Positions 1 through 12,540 of a stretch of 64,000 bases of DNA are shown here, in pieces. Source of the DNA: Raja brachyura (Eukaryota); contig OY740797.1 of the NCBI GenBank assembly GCA_963514005.1, forward strand, positions 17,422,001-17,486,000, given 5' to 3'. The first letter of the stretch is position 1. Each line of letters opens with the position of its first letter. The translations under genes and the position numbers were made by a program. A model generated the notes under the pieces. It had not been told where the DNA came from. It saw only the letters and a program-made list of their open reading frames with translations, and made no database searches.

Positions 1-160
1 CCCCTGCATTCTGTCTCTCTCTATCCTTCCCCCACCCAAGTCGCACTAGCTTCTCATTTTTGCCCTACAAACAGCTTACAATGGCCTGTTTCCTTTATCA
101 TCATTGCTTTTTTGCATATCTTCCATTCATTGTTCTTTATCTCTCCACATCACCTCATAT
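1..160 (+). mobile_element. Penelope-like element fragment (non-coding repeat portion)
   Basis: Shares CAATGGCC..TTTCCTTTATCATC..CATTCATTGTTC..ATCTCTC with the copy at ~19000-19080 and, in reverse, ~39320-39420. Boundaries approximate. Confidence 0.5.
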
Positions 161-189
161 ATCTTCTGTGTACATGTTAAAAACATTCT

Positions 190-830
190 TCCTATAGCAG
201 GCTGGCTAAAACTGAACACAGTGCTCCAAATGTGGCCTTGTCAATACACTCTACAACTGTAACATAACATCCCAACTGCTATACTCAATACCCTTACCAA
301 TGAAGGCCAATGAACCAAATGCCTCCTTGAACACCCTATTTACCTGTGATGCCACATTGATGGAACTATGTACTTGTACTCCTAGACTCCTCTGCTCTGC
401 AACACTATTCAGGCCTACACCGTTAACTCTGAAGGTATTGCCCTCATTTGACTTTCCAAAATGCTACACCTCTGCTTTTAATTCCATTATCCATTCCTCA
501 GCCCACTTGCCCAGCTGATCAAGATCCTGCTGCAATTTCTGATAATCATCTTCACTGTCCACAATAACATCTAATTTAATGTCACCTGCAAACTTACTTA
601 TCATGCCTCATACTATTTCAACCAAATCATTGATGTAAGCCACAAACAGCAATGGGCCCAGCACCAACCCCTGAGGAACACCACAAGTCACAGTCCTCCA
701 GTCTGAAAAACACCCTTCCTTCCACCACCACCACCCTCTGCTTCCTTTCATGAAACCAATTCTGTATCTAGTTAGTAAACTCTCCCTGGATCCCATGTGA
801 TCTAGCCTTCCAGCCTACCATGCTCTGCCT
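190..830 (-). mobile_element. CR1-type LINE reverse transcriptase fragment, degenerate
   Basis: ORF 608..796 (-) contains [26 protein letters not shown] (GVPQG.VLGP.LF...INDL RT motif). Frames are broken. Confidence 0.8.
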
Positions 831-924
831 TTGATACTTGGAACCGTCCAACACCATGCCATGTCTAAGTGTCATTGAAAAGTTGTTGTCATAACCTCCT
901 CACCTTTCACCCTTACTTCACGAT

Positions 925-1240
925 TCAGGGATGGTTCAGTGGCACAGCAAATAGAGCTACTGCCTCACAATGCCAGGCAGCCAGGTTTGATCCTGACCTT
1001 CAAAGCTATCTGTGTGGAATTTGGACATTCTTCCTGCGATGGCTCGTATTTTTCTTGGGTGTTCTGGGTTCCTACCATATTTCAGAAATGTCCAGCTTGG
1101 TAGGTTACTTGGTCACTGTAAATTGCCTGCAGTGTGCAGGTGAATGGTAGAATCTGATGGTAGCATTGGTGTAGGATTTGTGTACATCGGTGCTAGATGG
1201 TTGGTGTGGGCTCAGTGGGTTGATGGGCCTATTTTGCGTA
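925..1240 (+). mobile_element. tRNA-derived SINE (HE1/V-SINE-like), degenerate
   Basis: GGCACAGC..CTGCCTCACAATGCCAGG..GGTTTGATCCTGACC..TGTGTGGAATTTG..GTAAATTGCC pattern; same family as the copies at 2930, 8165, 9585, 17455 and 23310. Confidence 0.7.
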
Positions 1241-1326
1241 GTGCAGCTATTGGTTTTGAACAATGACTACCTTTAACTAACTTCATCAGGCAGAGTGAAG
1301 TGGTAAGCCAGTTCAAAGTGTTTCTT

Positions 1327-1515
1327 GCTTGAGAAGGAACTGCAGACGCTGTAAAATCGAAGGTAGACAAAAGTGCTGGAGAAACTCAGTGGGTGCAGCA
1401 GCATCTATGGAGCGAAGGAAATAGGCAACGTTTCGGGCCGAAACATTGCCTGTTCCCTTCGCTCCATAGATGCTGCCGCACCCACTGAGTTTCTCCAGCA
1501 CTTTTGTCTACCTTC
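1327..1515. repeat. Palindromic Penelope-type terminal-repeat insertion (about 78-bp arms)
   Basis: 1359-1436 is the near-perfect reverse complement of 1438-1515. Flanked by TTCAAAGTGTTTCTT (1312) and TTCAAAGTATTTATT (1513). Confidence 0.8.
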
Positions 1516-2099
1516 AAAGTATTTATTTCTATTTTTGCGAATAAATGTGATTATTGCAAGGTAGGCATTTCTAAAGTCTCCAGTATTAGTTGCTTGGTCA
1601 GTATTGCAGCCTGTTTGAAAGGAAGTTGAATGTGACTATTGCCCCCAAACTAAGTTGGCAATACTGCTGGTCCTTCCAGAAGAGACTGGTCTGACAAATT
1701 TCCATGCATTCAGCCAAAGCTGGTTTCAACCATAAATTTTGAAAAAGGGAAGCAGAATAGGAAGTTTAAGACGGAGGTGACCTGCGTTACTCCCATTGTG
1801 TGTTTGGTGTTGAAGCAGTTTAATTAAAAAGCCAAATGTTTATATCCCTATTGTTGGTAGGGATATTGGTCAAAGGAGGGTGCCACACTCCCTCGAACTG
1901 GACATCCTCATCACTATCCTGACCCACCTTGTTCAATGGACATGCCAAACTTCCTGCTGAGGTTATCTATTCTGAAACCCCACCTTCTCTCAGCAGCTCA
2001 TATTGAGACCTATTTTGCAGATGTATATCTCATAGATTCATTCGTTTTACACATCTCATAGTCATGCCCATCTCCATGTACCTAAACATGCACATACAC

Positions 2100-2300
2100 A
2101 TGTGTAAGAAGGAACTGCAAATGCAGGCTTACACCGAAGATAGACCCAAAAAAGCTGGAGTAACTCAGCGGGTCAGGCAGCATGTCTGGAGAAAAGGAAT
2201 AGGTGACGTTTAGGGTCGAGACCCTTCTTCAGACTGCGAGGCAGGGGAGGGGGAAACGAGAGGTATAGAGAGTACATGGAACAAATAAAGGACATTGCAT
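2100..2300 (-). mobile_element. Penelope-type terminal repeat with degenerate hammerhead-like core
   Basis: Minus strand reads CAGTCTGAAGAAGGGTCTCGACCCTAAACGTCACC (core 2205-2232), then the common ATGCTGCCTGACCCGCTGAGTTACTCCAGC repeat. Confidence 0.7.
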
Positions 2301-2645
2301 GCTTGTGTAACATCTTCAGTAAAAGGGGATTAAATATAGATTTACCATCATTTGTATCCATCCATCCTTACTGTTCTTATCCCACAGCCTCTGTGGGATA
2401 AGAACATTGTCAAATGGAATCACCTTTGTTTCTTTGCTTATTCCCAGTCATGCATGGTTGGGCTTTCTATAATATCCAGTCCATAATCCAACTAGACTGT
2501 TCCAATGGTGCAGAGCTGCACTGATAACACGACAAATGCCAGTATTAGCTGGGGTTTCTAAATATTTCATGATATCAATAATTTAATGACAAAACAGGCA
2601 GGAGCCTCCTTGGTGGCCTGTAGATTGCATCGTCAGCGAGTGTTA

Positions 2646-2723
2646 GTTGCTATGGTTACCATCTCACTCTGCCAGATGATGGAGAATGAGGGTGGGAGCT
2701 GGGATGGGTGTTTCCATAGCTAC
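2646..2723. promoter_or_regulatory. Pair of RFX X-box-like motifs
   Basis: GTTGCTATGGTTAC (2646-2659) and GTTTCCATAGCTAC (2710-2723) resemble the X-box consensus GTTNCCATGGNAAC and lie in non-repeat intronic sequence. Confidence 0.35.
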
Positions 2724-2929
2724 CATGAAGAATATACTTGCTGATGTCTTAAAGAGAAAACACAAAAGCATAATTAATCCTTACTCATCGTAGTTGTACA
2801 AAATCAGAATAGATCACGCATCATACCCTGACCTATGTTCAAAGAACAGAGGGACGATGATGCTCAGTCAGACCTCCAGCTCTTTCTAGGTACCAAAATG
2901 AAGAGATTGTCCGGTTTGTCCTGATGGTG

Positions 2930-3240
2930 GTTAGTTTAGTTTATTGATATAGCATGAAACGGTGCCTTCAGCCGACTGAGTCCATACCAACCATCGATCG
3001 CCCATTCACACCAGTCTTAAATTATCCCACATTTGTATCCACTCTCTACACACTAGGGGCAATTTACACTGACCAAGTAACCTACAAACCCGCACGTCTT
3101 TGGGGTGTTTCAGAAAACCGGAGTGCCCGGAAGAAACCCATGGGGCCACAGGGAGAACATGCAAACTCCACACAGCACCCGAGGTCATAATGGAACCCGG
3201 ATCTCTGGCACTGTGATGCAACAGGTCTATCGCTGTACCA
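2930..3240 (-). mobile_element. tRNA-derived SINE (HE1/V-SINE-like)
   Basis: Reverse-orientation SINE body: CACTAGGGGCAATTTACA..AACCTACAAACCCGCACGTCTTTGG..GAAACCCA..CACAGGGAGAACATGCAAACTCCACACAGC..GAACCCGG. Confidence 0.75.
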
Positions 3241-5516
3241 TTTGTATTATGACTCCTTTATATGTTGTGTTCTCCATTGAACACTCCTAATGACAAACAA
3301 AAATGCAACATGAAATATATCAGTAATTTTAAAGTACCTTCCAGCTTATTGAAAACTGATAGGCTGCCTGGTTTAAAGTAAGTGCCTGATTTTTCCTTGA
3401 AAAATATGCAGCCATATGATCCATTTTACATGTCCAGCACAAATGCCTCATCAAGGAATGCTCTTTCTGCACAGTCTAGCCCCACCACTACTGTCGGCAC
3501 CAGTGCTTGGCAGTATTAACAATGCTAAATTTAGTTTTGTGGCGACGTTTGAGTTGCAGTTCGTGGCTTCTGGAACTATGACTCAAATGCAGCAGGGTCC
3601 AAACCTCCGAGGATCCAACCTCCAGGATCAGAACATACCATTTTGTTCAACGCTTCAGTACCATAGTTGGGTTGGCAGAGGTTGCGATATTGTCTCCAAA
3701 TCAAGTCCAATCACTTGGACAGATCCAAAACACTTTATGAAAAAGGGAGGAGTTCACTCTGGTTAAGCAAACATCCTAGAATGGCAAGCATGCCATTTGA
3801 GGAAAGATTAAGTAGACTAGGCCTTTATTCTCTGCACTGAATGTGAAGTAACCTCATCAAACCATGGAGAATTCAGGGAGGAAGATTTCTTTGGCTGAGA
3901 AGTCTGGAACTAAGACTGTTCCAAATTTAAGAGGCTTCCTTTTCAGATTGAGATGAGGTAAAATTCCTTCAAAGGTTTGTGAGTCTTTGGAATTCTTTAC
4001 CTGCAGATGTCAGCTCAGTTATTGATATCATTTAACACCAAGATTTCTGGGTGTTAGAGAAATTAATAGATGTAGGGACAGTGCAGGAAAAAGATTTTGA
4101 ATCAAAAGATCTGACACTGAAAGGCTCAGCAAGCTGGAGGGGCAGAATGTGCTACGTTCACCCCTATTATTGCTATTGCTGATGTTTTTGTGTCCCAGAC
4201 CAATATCACTCGGGTACATTATTGTGTCATTATCTCACTGTCGTTTGAAACCAAACATTTCTACAACCCATAACAGTGATTATGCTTCAAGCATATTTAA
4301 GTGGTTGTGAGGCATTTGAGAAGAAAGTTAAAGGTGCTATGTAAAGGCAGCCTGGTTCTTGATTAGTTTGCTGTGTGTCGATGAACTGCAAGAACGTTTC
4401 CTTCCCTGTACAGTGGTGATTTTAAATACCAATATAATGAACAGCATTTCTGTTCATTAGATAGTTTAGTTCATTAGATATCTTCATTAGATAGAAATAA
4501 CACTGTGAACAGCAAGTCCCCACACAACACTGATGTCATTGGTGATGAAGAAACATTGACCAAGGCACCAGGATAACTTGCTGCTGTTTGTTAAACACAT
4601 TTGGCACCAGAACACAGATGCTGATGTCTCATCCAGTGTCCAGTGTCCAGTCTCCAGTATAGCATCAGCCCAGCCCATGCACCTGGCCTCTAGTGGAAGC
4701 CATAGATCCTCCGAAGCAGAGTCTGGATGTTATCAACCGAGCTCACAGATCTCTATTGCTTCTTTCATGACCCTTGTCACATAGACCACTGGCTTAGCAG
4801 CAGGAGCCACTTGCTACCGCCAGTGAAACAGTGGTCTGGTAGACTTTATAAATGGAACTTTCTTGAAATAACTGAAGACAATTCTTTATACAGGATTTAT
4901 AGACAATAGACAATAGGTGCAGGAGTTGGCCATTCGAGCCAGCACCACCATTCAATGTGATCATGGCTGATCATCCCCAATTGTTTCCTCCGAATTAGTT
5001 TAACATTAAATTGCAGATTGGAAACTTGTTGGGCACATTACTGGGAATGAATGGTATGTAATCTCCTGACTCAGGCAATGGGGACGACTTACTGAGAGTA
5101 TCTGGGATAGACAGAGCCAAAGGGATGGCCTTAAGAAATCAATGTTGGATTTATATACATGCACCAAACCATTACATTCTGGCAATTCTGGAAGTGCCTA
5201 GCCTTGATGTTTTCACCCATGGGAGAGTCTCAAACAACATGACATAGTTTCAAGGTAAGGGTAATTTAAGACCGAGGTAGAGAGAAATGTATTCACACAG
5301 ATGGTGGTGAATATCTGGAATGCTCTGCCTCAAAGACTTGTGGAGGCTAGATCACTGGAATATTTAAAGTGCAGGTAGATTAGTCCTACAAATACAAATT
5401 GAGGGTTTGAGGGACATGAAGAGATGAGGCCTGGAATGGATCAGCCACAAAACCACTGAATGATAGGATGGGCCTGAGGGGCCGGAGCTTAACTTGGTCA
5501 TAGCATGCACTTATAC

Positions 5517-6485
5517 GGTACCCGGATGGGACGTAAAGGTTGAGAAGCCAAAGCCAAGAAGTGAAAGCCAAGATACCGAAAGTACATCACGCCGAAAGGA
5601 TACGAAGCCGAAAGTAAGTATACGAATCCAAATGCCGCAAATACCACGCCGCAAAGACAAGATGCAGAGCGGACATGACGTCGAAAAGCCGCCATACGGA
5701 CATGGCGTCTCCGGGGACGGGATTGGTCTTACACCTTGTCAGTCATCGACAAAGGTCAGCGATTGGTTGAGACCCCCACGTCCATCACATCACTAGGCAG
5801 GGGGGAGACGGGAGGGTGGGAGGGGAGCTTGAGCTTGCGTTTGCAAAATGGTGGCAGTGACTGGTCCAAGCTGCTGCGATTGCCACAGAGGCTTTTCGAT
5901 GTCATGTTTGTTCCCCGTCAGATTTTAAGCCGAAAAACAATCTGACGCCAAATGCACATGATGTTGAAATGATAAATAGGTATGAAACCCTTTTAAAAAT
6001 CTATATTTGCTGCAAGAATTGTTGTACCTTGTACGTCTCCGGGGACGGGATTGATCCGACACCTTGTCGGTCGTCGACAAAGGTCAACGATTGATCCAGA
6101 CCCCCGCGGTGTCCATGACATCACTGCCTCTGTGCAATTGCCGCAGCTTGGAGTTCCTGCCACCATTTTACAAACGCAAGTTCAAGCTGCCCCCCCCCCC
6201 CCCCCCAAACCTCCCGTCTCCCCCACTGGTCATAGATGTGATGGACGCGGGGTCTGGACCAATCACTGACAAAGTCTAGGACAAATCCCGTTCCCGGAGA
6301 CGTTATGTCCGTTCGGCAGCTTTTCGACGTCATGCACGTTCTGCGTCTTGTCTTTGCGGCGTGGTGTCCTGTCAGCATCGTGTCCTTTCAGCATCGTGTT
6401 CTTTCAGCGTCGTGTCCATTCGGTATCCAGGCTTCCACTTCTTTGCTCCGGCTTCTTGTCCTCCTTCGAAGTCCCGTCGGCACAC
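5517..6485. mobile_element. Non-autonomous foldback/Mutator(MULE)-like DNA transposon
   Basis: 10-bp direct repeat GCACTTATAC at 5507-5516 and 6486-6495. Long imperfect inverted arms (e.g. 5644-5722 vs 6285-6366) built from ~15-bp sub-repeats. No transposase ORF. Confidence 0.65.
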
Positions 6486-8164
6486 GCACTTATACACGCA
6501 ATAAGCCTGTGCTTCGTCTCTAATGTACAACTAGCAGTCAACCACGTTTTCTTATTCTAGGTATGGGAAAGGAGTTATTTAGTCAAGCTAAATCTGGGAT
6601 GTCTTTGGGAGGAGGTTTGTCTTCTCTGACTAGTCTATGTCCTTGGGGCTGCAAGATCTGCATGGCCTAGTTTTTCCAAGTGAGCCCAATTATTATTCGA
6701 AGCACCAAATATTTTTTGTAAGCGAGTCTGCTTCCACGACATAGGGACTGATAGCAGACAACTCTGGTTTAGCTGTAAAGCCTGTTTTATGCAAGGTTGC
6801 CATGGAGATGGGGTGATCATGACACTCGGAGACTCTATGACGATACGAATCACTGACAGTGCAGCTGTACATTCCTCTTGGAGACAAGTTGCAGGCAGCA
6901 GTACAGGGACAAGTGATATACTGAATCTTGGAAGCCCATCCAGTGCTTTGGTCTGTTCCCCTGAAGGTACAGTGGTTGCATTAACAAGGCCTCATAGCTA
7001 TGGAGCTGGAGCATGTGGGTTTGCAGCACCTGAGATGCTGTAAGTGTTTTGTTAGCAGAATTTCCTGTTGAAGCTTTAGCCTGCAAAATTAATTCTAAAA
7101 TGTTCGCTTTTGCAAAAATTCGGAGATAAAACATACAAAACCTTGCACGATATAAGATTGAATATGAACTGACGGCTGTGATTAATTTTTTATAGCATAA
7201 TGTCCCTCATTTCATACATGCAGGGAGTGCATAATTAAACTCAGTAAAGGTATGGATTGGAATAACTTTTTTTTAATCAACTTGAATACCATGAAAGCAC
7301 AGATTTTGGAAATTTGTTAAATAGACTCATAGAGAATTTGTATCTGGCGAACCAAGATTACTAGAACTTGATCCAAACTACAGAAATACTTATTGCCTAA
7401 GATATCTTTCTGTGTTGCACCGTGCATAAAACAGACACCCAACTCAATGGAATTGGTCAATGAAAAGGGAGCTCTGGAGGTTTACATCCAGAATCCTGCA
7501 CTAAAATGGAACTTGTACAGTTTCCGACCTAACAGTCTCTGATATTTGCCTGGAGACCTAAGAAGGGAATCAGCCCTTGAAGACACACTCCCCTCGACAG
7601 ACTTAGGGCAGCAACATGCATCCTGGCTGCAGTGCTGCAGAGAGACAAGTCCTAGGTCAAATGAAAGCAAGTTGGGGTTCTCATTAGAGAGAAAGTCTGG
7701 TGAGCCTGAGCCAAGGAGATACCAACCAGAGGTGGCTCCACCTCCCCTGTGGGAAACCCCACTCAGCAATAAGCTCAATGTCCGCACTTTGCTTCTCCAG
7801 GCTGAACTGCACACCTCTGCCAAATGTCCCAGTGAGCCGTTCCAGTAACTGGATCAGGGACTCACTCATTCACTGATGTATCAATGGTCAGCACAGTGCT
7901 TCCAGAAAGGAGGGTGTGAGTAATTATAGGGCATCGATTGAGCTCTTGCGACTGACTTCTGGCGATACTGGAGTGTGCAAAGGGAACTTTGCATTACGTC
8001 CAAAATGTCTTTCAAGAAGAGCAAACAGAATCACTCAAGGAGTCCCTTATTGTCGCATAGCCAGTGTCCTCCTGTACTTTGCTGGCTTTCTGTTGACACA
8101 TCCCTCAACACCGTCCGTGTCCTCATGCTCCTGGTGTCCCTCAGCTCTCCGGCTGCTCTCCCTC

Positions 8165-8535
8165 GTTCATCAGCGGCAGAGAGTCAAGTTTGATCCTGAA
8201 TATGGGTGCTGTCTGTGTGGAGTTTGTACGTTCTCCCCGGGACCGTGTGGGTTTTCCCTGGTGCTCTGGTTTCCTCCAAAAAGGTACAGGTTTGTAGAAG
8301 GGTCTCGACCCGAAACGTCGCCTATCTCCTTCACTCCTTAGATGCTGCTGCACCCGCTGAGTTTCTCCAGCTTTTTGTGTAACCCACAGGTTTGTAGGTT
8401 CATTGGCTTTGGTCAAAATGGCAAACTGTTCCTAATGTGTAGCATAGGGCTAGTGTGCGGCGATCGCTGGTTGGTGTGGATTCGAAGGGCCTGTTTCACT
8501 GCTGTATCTCTAAACTAAGCAAAACTAAAGTAATC
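8165..8535 (+). mobile_element. tRNA-derived SINE interrupted by an 88-bp Penelope-type insertion (8298-8385)
   Basis: SINE core TGTCTGTGTGGAGTTTGTACGTTCTCCCCG and tail CTAAACTAAG. The insert is flanked by the 12-bp duplication ACAGGTTTGTAG (8286-8297, 8386-8397). Confidence 0.8.
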
Positions 8536-8832
8536 TAAATCCTTTGTCTGTACTAGTCCTTTGTCTCATCATTCATGTGCCAGTTTTTTGATAAGCCTAT
8601 CCAATCAGTGACACTGTGCAATGTGGTCCAGCTTTTTATTTCCCTTCCAGTAGAAATCCAATTCTCCCTTGAATCTTCCCGCACACCACATTCAGACAGT
8701 AAGATCCAGATCACAAAAAATTTGTCTAGTGAAAAAATTGTCTTATCTCCCCAACTCAATCGCTTGCTTTTTTGCCAATAAGACAGATGGGTTGGTAAAC
8801 ATCATCTGTCACCATAAACCATTCCAGATCCA

Positions 8833-9570
8833 AAAGAAAACCTAACTGAAATATCAAACGTTGTTATTAATGGGAAAATTCCCTTTGGGAAAATTGATTC
8901 TCCTAATTTTGTGAAATCACTCGAAAGGTTGCTAGATCATACAACCTGAACAATTGCCTGCAAAGCTGAAATGTGGCTTTTAATTGACCATTGACCATTG
9001 ACCTTAAATACTCTCACAGTACTTGCTATATGCACAAAACCTGCATATTCATTTTTATGAACATATCTATTTCAATGGTCCTGTCCATTGTTTAATTGGA
9101 TTTCCTTAAACGAACTTGTCATACTTCAATTCCCTGCTTTTATTTGATAATTTGATTTTCCACTGGGGTCCAGTTGAGTTAAACAAACCAGAAAATTGTC
9201 AATTAAAGCCACATTTCAGCTTTTCAGGCAATTGTTCAGGTTGTATGATCTAGCAATGCCAAAGGCACCTGCTAGGTTTCCGTTATTGGATTAAAATTTA
9301 GACCTTTGCACAATTTTGTTTAGTGTTAGCTGTATTTGCTCCATGAAGATGTGTACCTCTTAGTTTTAAAAGATGCATGATGTGGTATCATATATAATAG
9401 TCTTGAACTCCTTTTTTCTAAAGCACATTTAAAAAATATAAATTCCTTCCTGTTGTGGAAAGAATATATTGGTCATGGCCGATTTTCTAGCGATTTCACA
9501 AAATTAGGAGAATCAATTTTCCCAAAGGGAATTTTTCCATCAATAACAACTTTTGATGTTGGTTTTCTTT
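8833..9570. repeat. Nested inverted duplication (A-B...B'...A')
   Basis: 8833-8926 is the reverse complement of ~9484-9570; 8929-8988 is the reverse complement of ~9198-9256. Confidence 0.8.
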
Positions 9571-9584
9571 CTTTATAGATAAAA

Positions 9585-9836
9585 ACACGCCCTTCGGCTC
9601 AACAAGTTCATGATGAGCCTTGATCACACCCGTTCACTCTGTTATCTATATTATCCCACTTTCTGATCCACTTCTTGCACAGTGGGGGCAATTTGCAACA
9701 GCCAATTAACCTACAAATCTTTGGGAGGTGGGAGGAAACTGGAGCACCCGGACGAAACCAACACAGTCACAGGGAGAATATCTAAATTTCACTCGGTCAG
9801 CACTCGAGGTCACGATTGAATCTGGGTTTCTCTGGC
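9585..9836 (-). mobile_element. tRNA-derived SINE (HE1/V-SINE-like)
   Basis: GGGGCAATTTG..CCAATTAACCTACAAA..GGGAGGAAACTGGAGCACCCGG..CACAGGGAGAA; same family as 2930-3240. Confidence 0.7.
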
Positions 9837-9879
9837 ATTTACATTTCATGGAATTGAACTGGTGAGATAATACATTTTG

Positions 9880-10012
9880 CTTTGAAAAAGAGTCTTGACC
9901 CGAAACGTCACCTATTCCTTCTCTCTGGAGATGCGGCCTGTCCCGTTGAGTTACTCCAGTGTTTTGTGTCTATCTTCGGTTTAAACCAGTATCTGCAGTT
10001 CCTTCCTACATA
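9880..10012 (+). mobile_element. Penelope-type terminal repeat
   Basis: GACCCGAAACGTCACCTATTCC..GAGTTACTCCAG..TCTGCAGTTCCTTCCTAC repeat unit. Confidence 0.65.
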
Positions 10013-11342
10013 TTTCTCTTTGATCAATTATATGTATTAGGGTTGGCCAATCCAATAGTTCTTGCAGCAGGCCCTTCAACCCACCACATCCAAGCCAATC
10101 TTCAAGTTCCTTGCCACAATAATCCCATTTTCCAACATTTGTTCAGTAACGTTCTGTGCTTTGGCAGAATACAAATCTCTTGCACATCAACCAGAGCTCG
10201 TGTTGGGTGCAGGGGGCTTACTCACATGAACCAGAGGCCAGGGTCCATACCTGCTGGTGACAGCGCGCACTGGGCCAGATGGAGCAGGGAAAGGGGATGT
10301 TACCAGGGTGGTGCCCACATCACTGAACGTCTCAGAACTCTAGTAAACCCAGCCTGTAGAGGTCTAAGGCGTCTGTACCAGGACTGTACCCTGGGCCAGG
10401 ACTGCAGCCTGTCCTTGCCCTCACCATGGCAATGGTCCTTGGGCCTCACCTTGTTGGGTATGGCTGCTGCATTTCAACAGCCATCATGAAGAGGATATCC
10501 CAGCCTGAGTCTGGCCTTTGCCAACATGGTTCCTCCCTGAAAGCTGACGGCAAACTGGTCTCTCTCAGTCCCAGGTGACTCTCCTGAGCCAGGTACAGAT
10601 AGTGAAACCCGATCCCAGTTTCCCACAGTTAAACTCCACCCCAGTTTAAAGAGTGAAAAGTCTCCTTTCAGAAAAAAATGATTGGAACTTGGTTCCTGAT
10701 GAACTTTAGCTTCACGAAATATGTGAGGAAGCTTTGTTCCAATGTTCCAGTTAACTGTGCCTATTTCTATTTCCCTCTATTTGTTCTGCACCGGCCCATG
10801 GAAGTGGTTACTTCCTGCTGCTTTGTCCTTCACGCACTCGCTGAGGTTGAGTTGCTTCCTCACTAGTTGTCCGCTCAAGAACTCACTGGCTGTCGACTGT
10901 CTTTCTCACATAATGTGCAAACAATGTAATTTGCGTAAACCTCAGTGAAGTTTGTGCAGTGATCTGTCAGTAAACACATCACTTCATTCCGCAGCTCATT
11001 CCATCCTAACATTGGATAATTTCTGATTTAGTACATAGTTAGATTTTTATTTGCTCCAATTTTTTTCCAGAAGAATATGTCACTTAATTTTGCCTTGATT
11101 TGAAAGTGATGTTTGGTGTAATTCCTCAATAAATTTCAAGAGGATGTGTCCTAGGCATCAAGTTCAAATTTCCCAAAGTACAGTGGAATCCTTCACCATG
11201 CCTTCACTAACGGAGGATCAGCAGGGGTCTTTCTGGATTAGATTCTTCTGTATGGAAGGCAGTGAGGCTTTTTACGTCTGCCTCTTTTATCCCTCTCTTA
11301 ATCTAATCTTTACCTCTTTATTTCAAAGATTTTGTATGCACT

Positions 11343-11472
11343 TGTGAGTGTGTGTGCATGTACTCATATATGTGTGTATGAGAATGTGTGCATGTGTGTG
11401 TGCGCTCGTGCATGAATGTATGCACGTGTGTGTATGTGAACGTGTGAGTCTCTATGCACACATGGATGTGTG
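11343..11472. repeat. Degenerate (GT)n/(GTAT)n microsatellite
   Basis: Run of GTGTGT/GCATGT/GTATGT units. Confidence 0.7.
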
Positions 11473-12379
11473 CTAAAAATATTGATGACAGCTTTTAACC
11501 TGTTGCTTCATATCCCTCCATTCCCTGCATATCCATCTGCCTATCTGTAGAACAACTGACACATACACAAAGTAAAGATCCAACAGGTTTATTGGCATGT
11601 AATAAAGTTACAGAGCATGTTGGCATCACTGTGTCTGCATCACGACTGGCAGCTTGTGTCGGGAGCCGTTTATGATCTTTGAGTGTTTCTCTCATTCTTG
11701 CAGTGGACCTGGTGGACCAGCCCATTGTTCCCTCTTTATAACAGACATTTACAACATTCACAATTGGTGGCTACAATAGATCTCCTATTAAATCATGGCT
11801 AGACTCTTTCTACCGGCAAATGAACAAACATTCACAACACGGCCTGGGGTTGTTGCTAGTCCTTGTGGACCAGCAGGTTCAAGATTGATCTAGAGTTAGT
11901 GGTGTTCCTTTTGGAGGTTTGTTCTAACTGCCACCTGGTTCATAATTCTCTTGTCTGGCTCTTTATGGATGAGTTCTGGAGGGTTACCTCCAATCATTGG
12001 CAAAACCCTAGCTGGGTTGGCTTGCTGAAGAGCATTGGCATAATGTGGGAAGACAAGGAACTGCAGATGCTGAAAGAAGAGCATTGGCATAATGTGGGCA
12101 GACAAGGAACTACAGATGTTGAAATTCTGAGTAAAATACAAAGTGCAGGAATAATTCAGTAGGTAGGGCAGCATCTGTGGAGGGAAATGGATAAGCGACG
12201 TGTTGGTTGGGGACCCTTCCTCAGAACTACAAGCATCATGGGATTGGCTTGTTGTTCTTCCTTCCCATGGCCAAATGAGATCGGTGCTGTGGTTTCCCAC
12301 AGTGTGATTGACTTTTTGCTCCTCCTTGCTGATCCGCTTTGTTGCTGTCTCTCTCTGACGGGTTTTTCTTTCTCCCCAG

Positions 12380-12540
12380 GCTGATGCCAAGATGGTGTGC
12401 GATGTCGTGGGCCGAATGGAGGACACGGAACCATTCTCCCCGGAGCTGCTGAGCGCCATGAAGCGACTCTGGGCCGATTCCGGGATGGTGGAATGCTTCA
12501 GCCGCGCCCGTGAATACCAGCTCAATGACTCGGCGCAATA
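12380..12540 (+). CDS. GNAO1: G protein alpha-o, exon 4 (161 bp)
   Basis: TTTTTCTTTCTCCCCAG acceptor and GTGAGT donor. Encodes [53 protein letters not shown](Y), the Go-alpha helical domain. Ends in phase 2, matching exon 5. Confidence 0.97.

Noticed and set aside
925-1010. tRNA-like A/B boxes here and at other SINE heads
   Set aside because: They are SINE heads that continue into SINE body sequence, with no complete cloverleaf.
6789-7045. 84-aa ORF ending at a GTAAGT donor-like site
   Set aside because: No convincing acceptor and no similarity to G-alpha; probably chance.
7482-7870. Overlapping ~100-aa ORFs with a faint resemblance to a Tx1-type LINE C-terminus
   Set aside because: Too weak to call without a profile search.
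9959-10489. 176-aa plus-strand ORF
   Set aside because: Starts at GTG inside a Penelope repeat; no domain or splice support.
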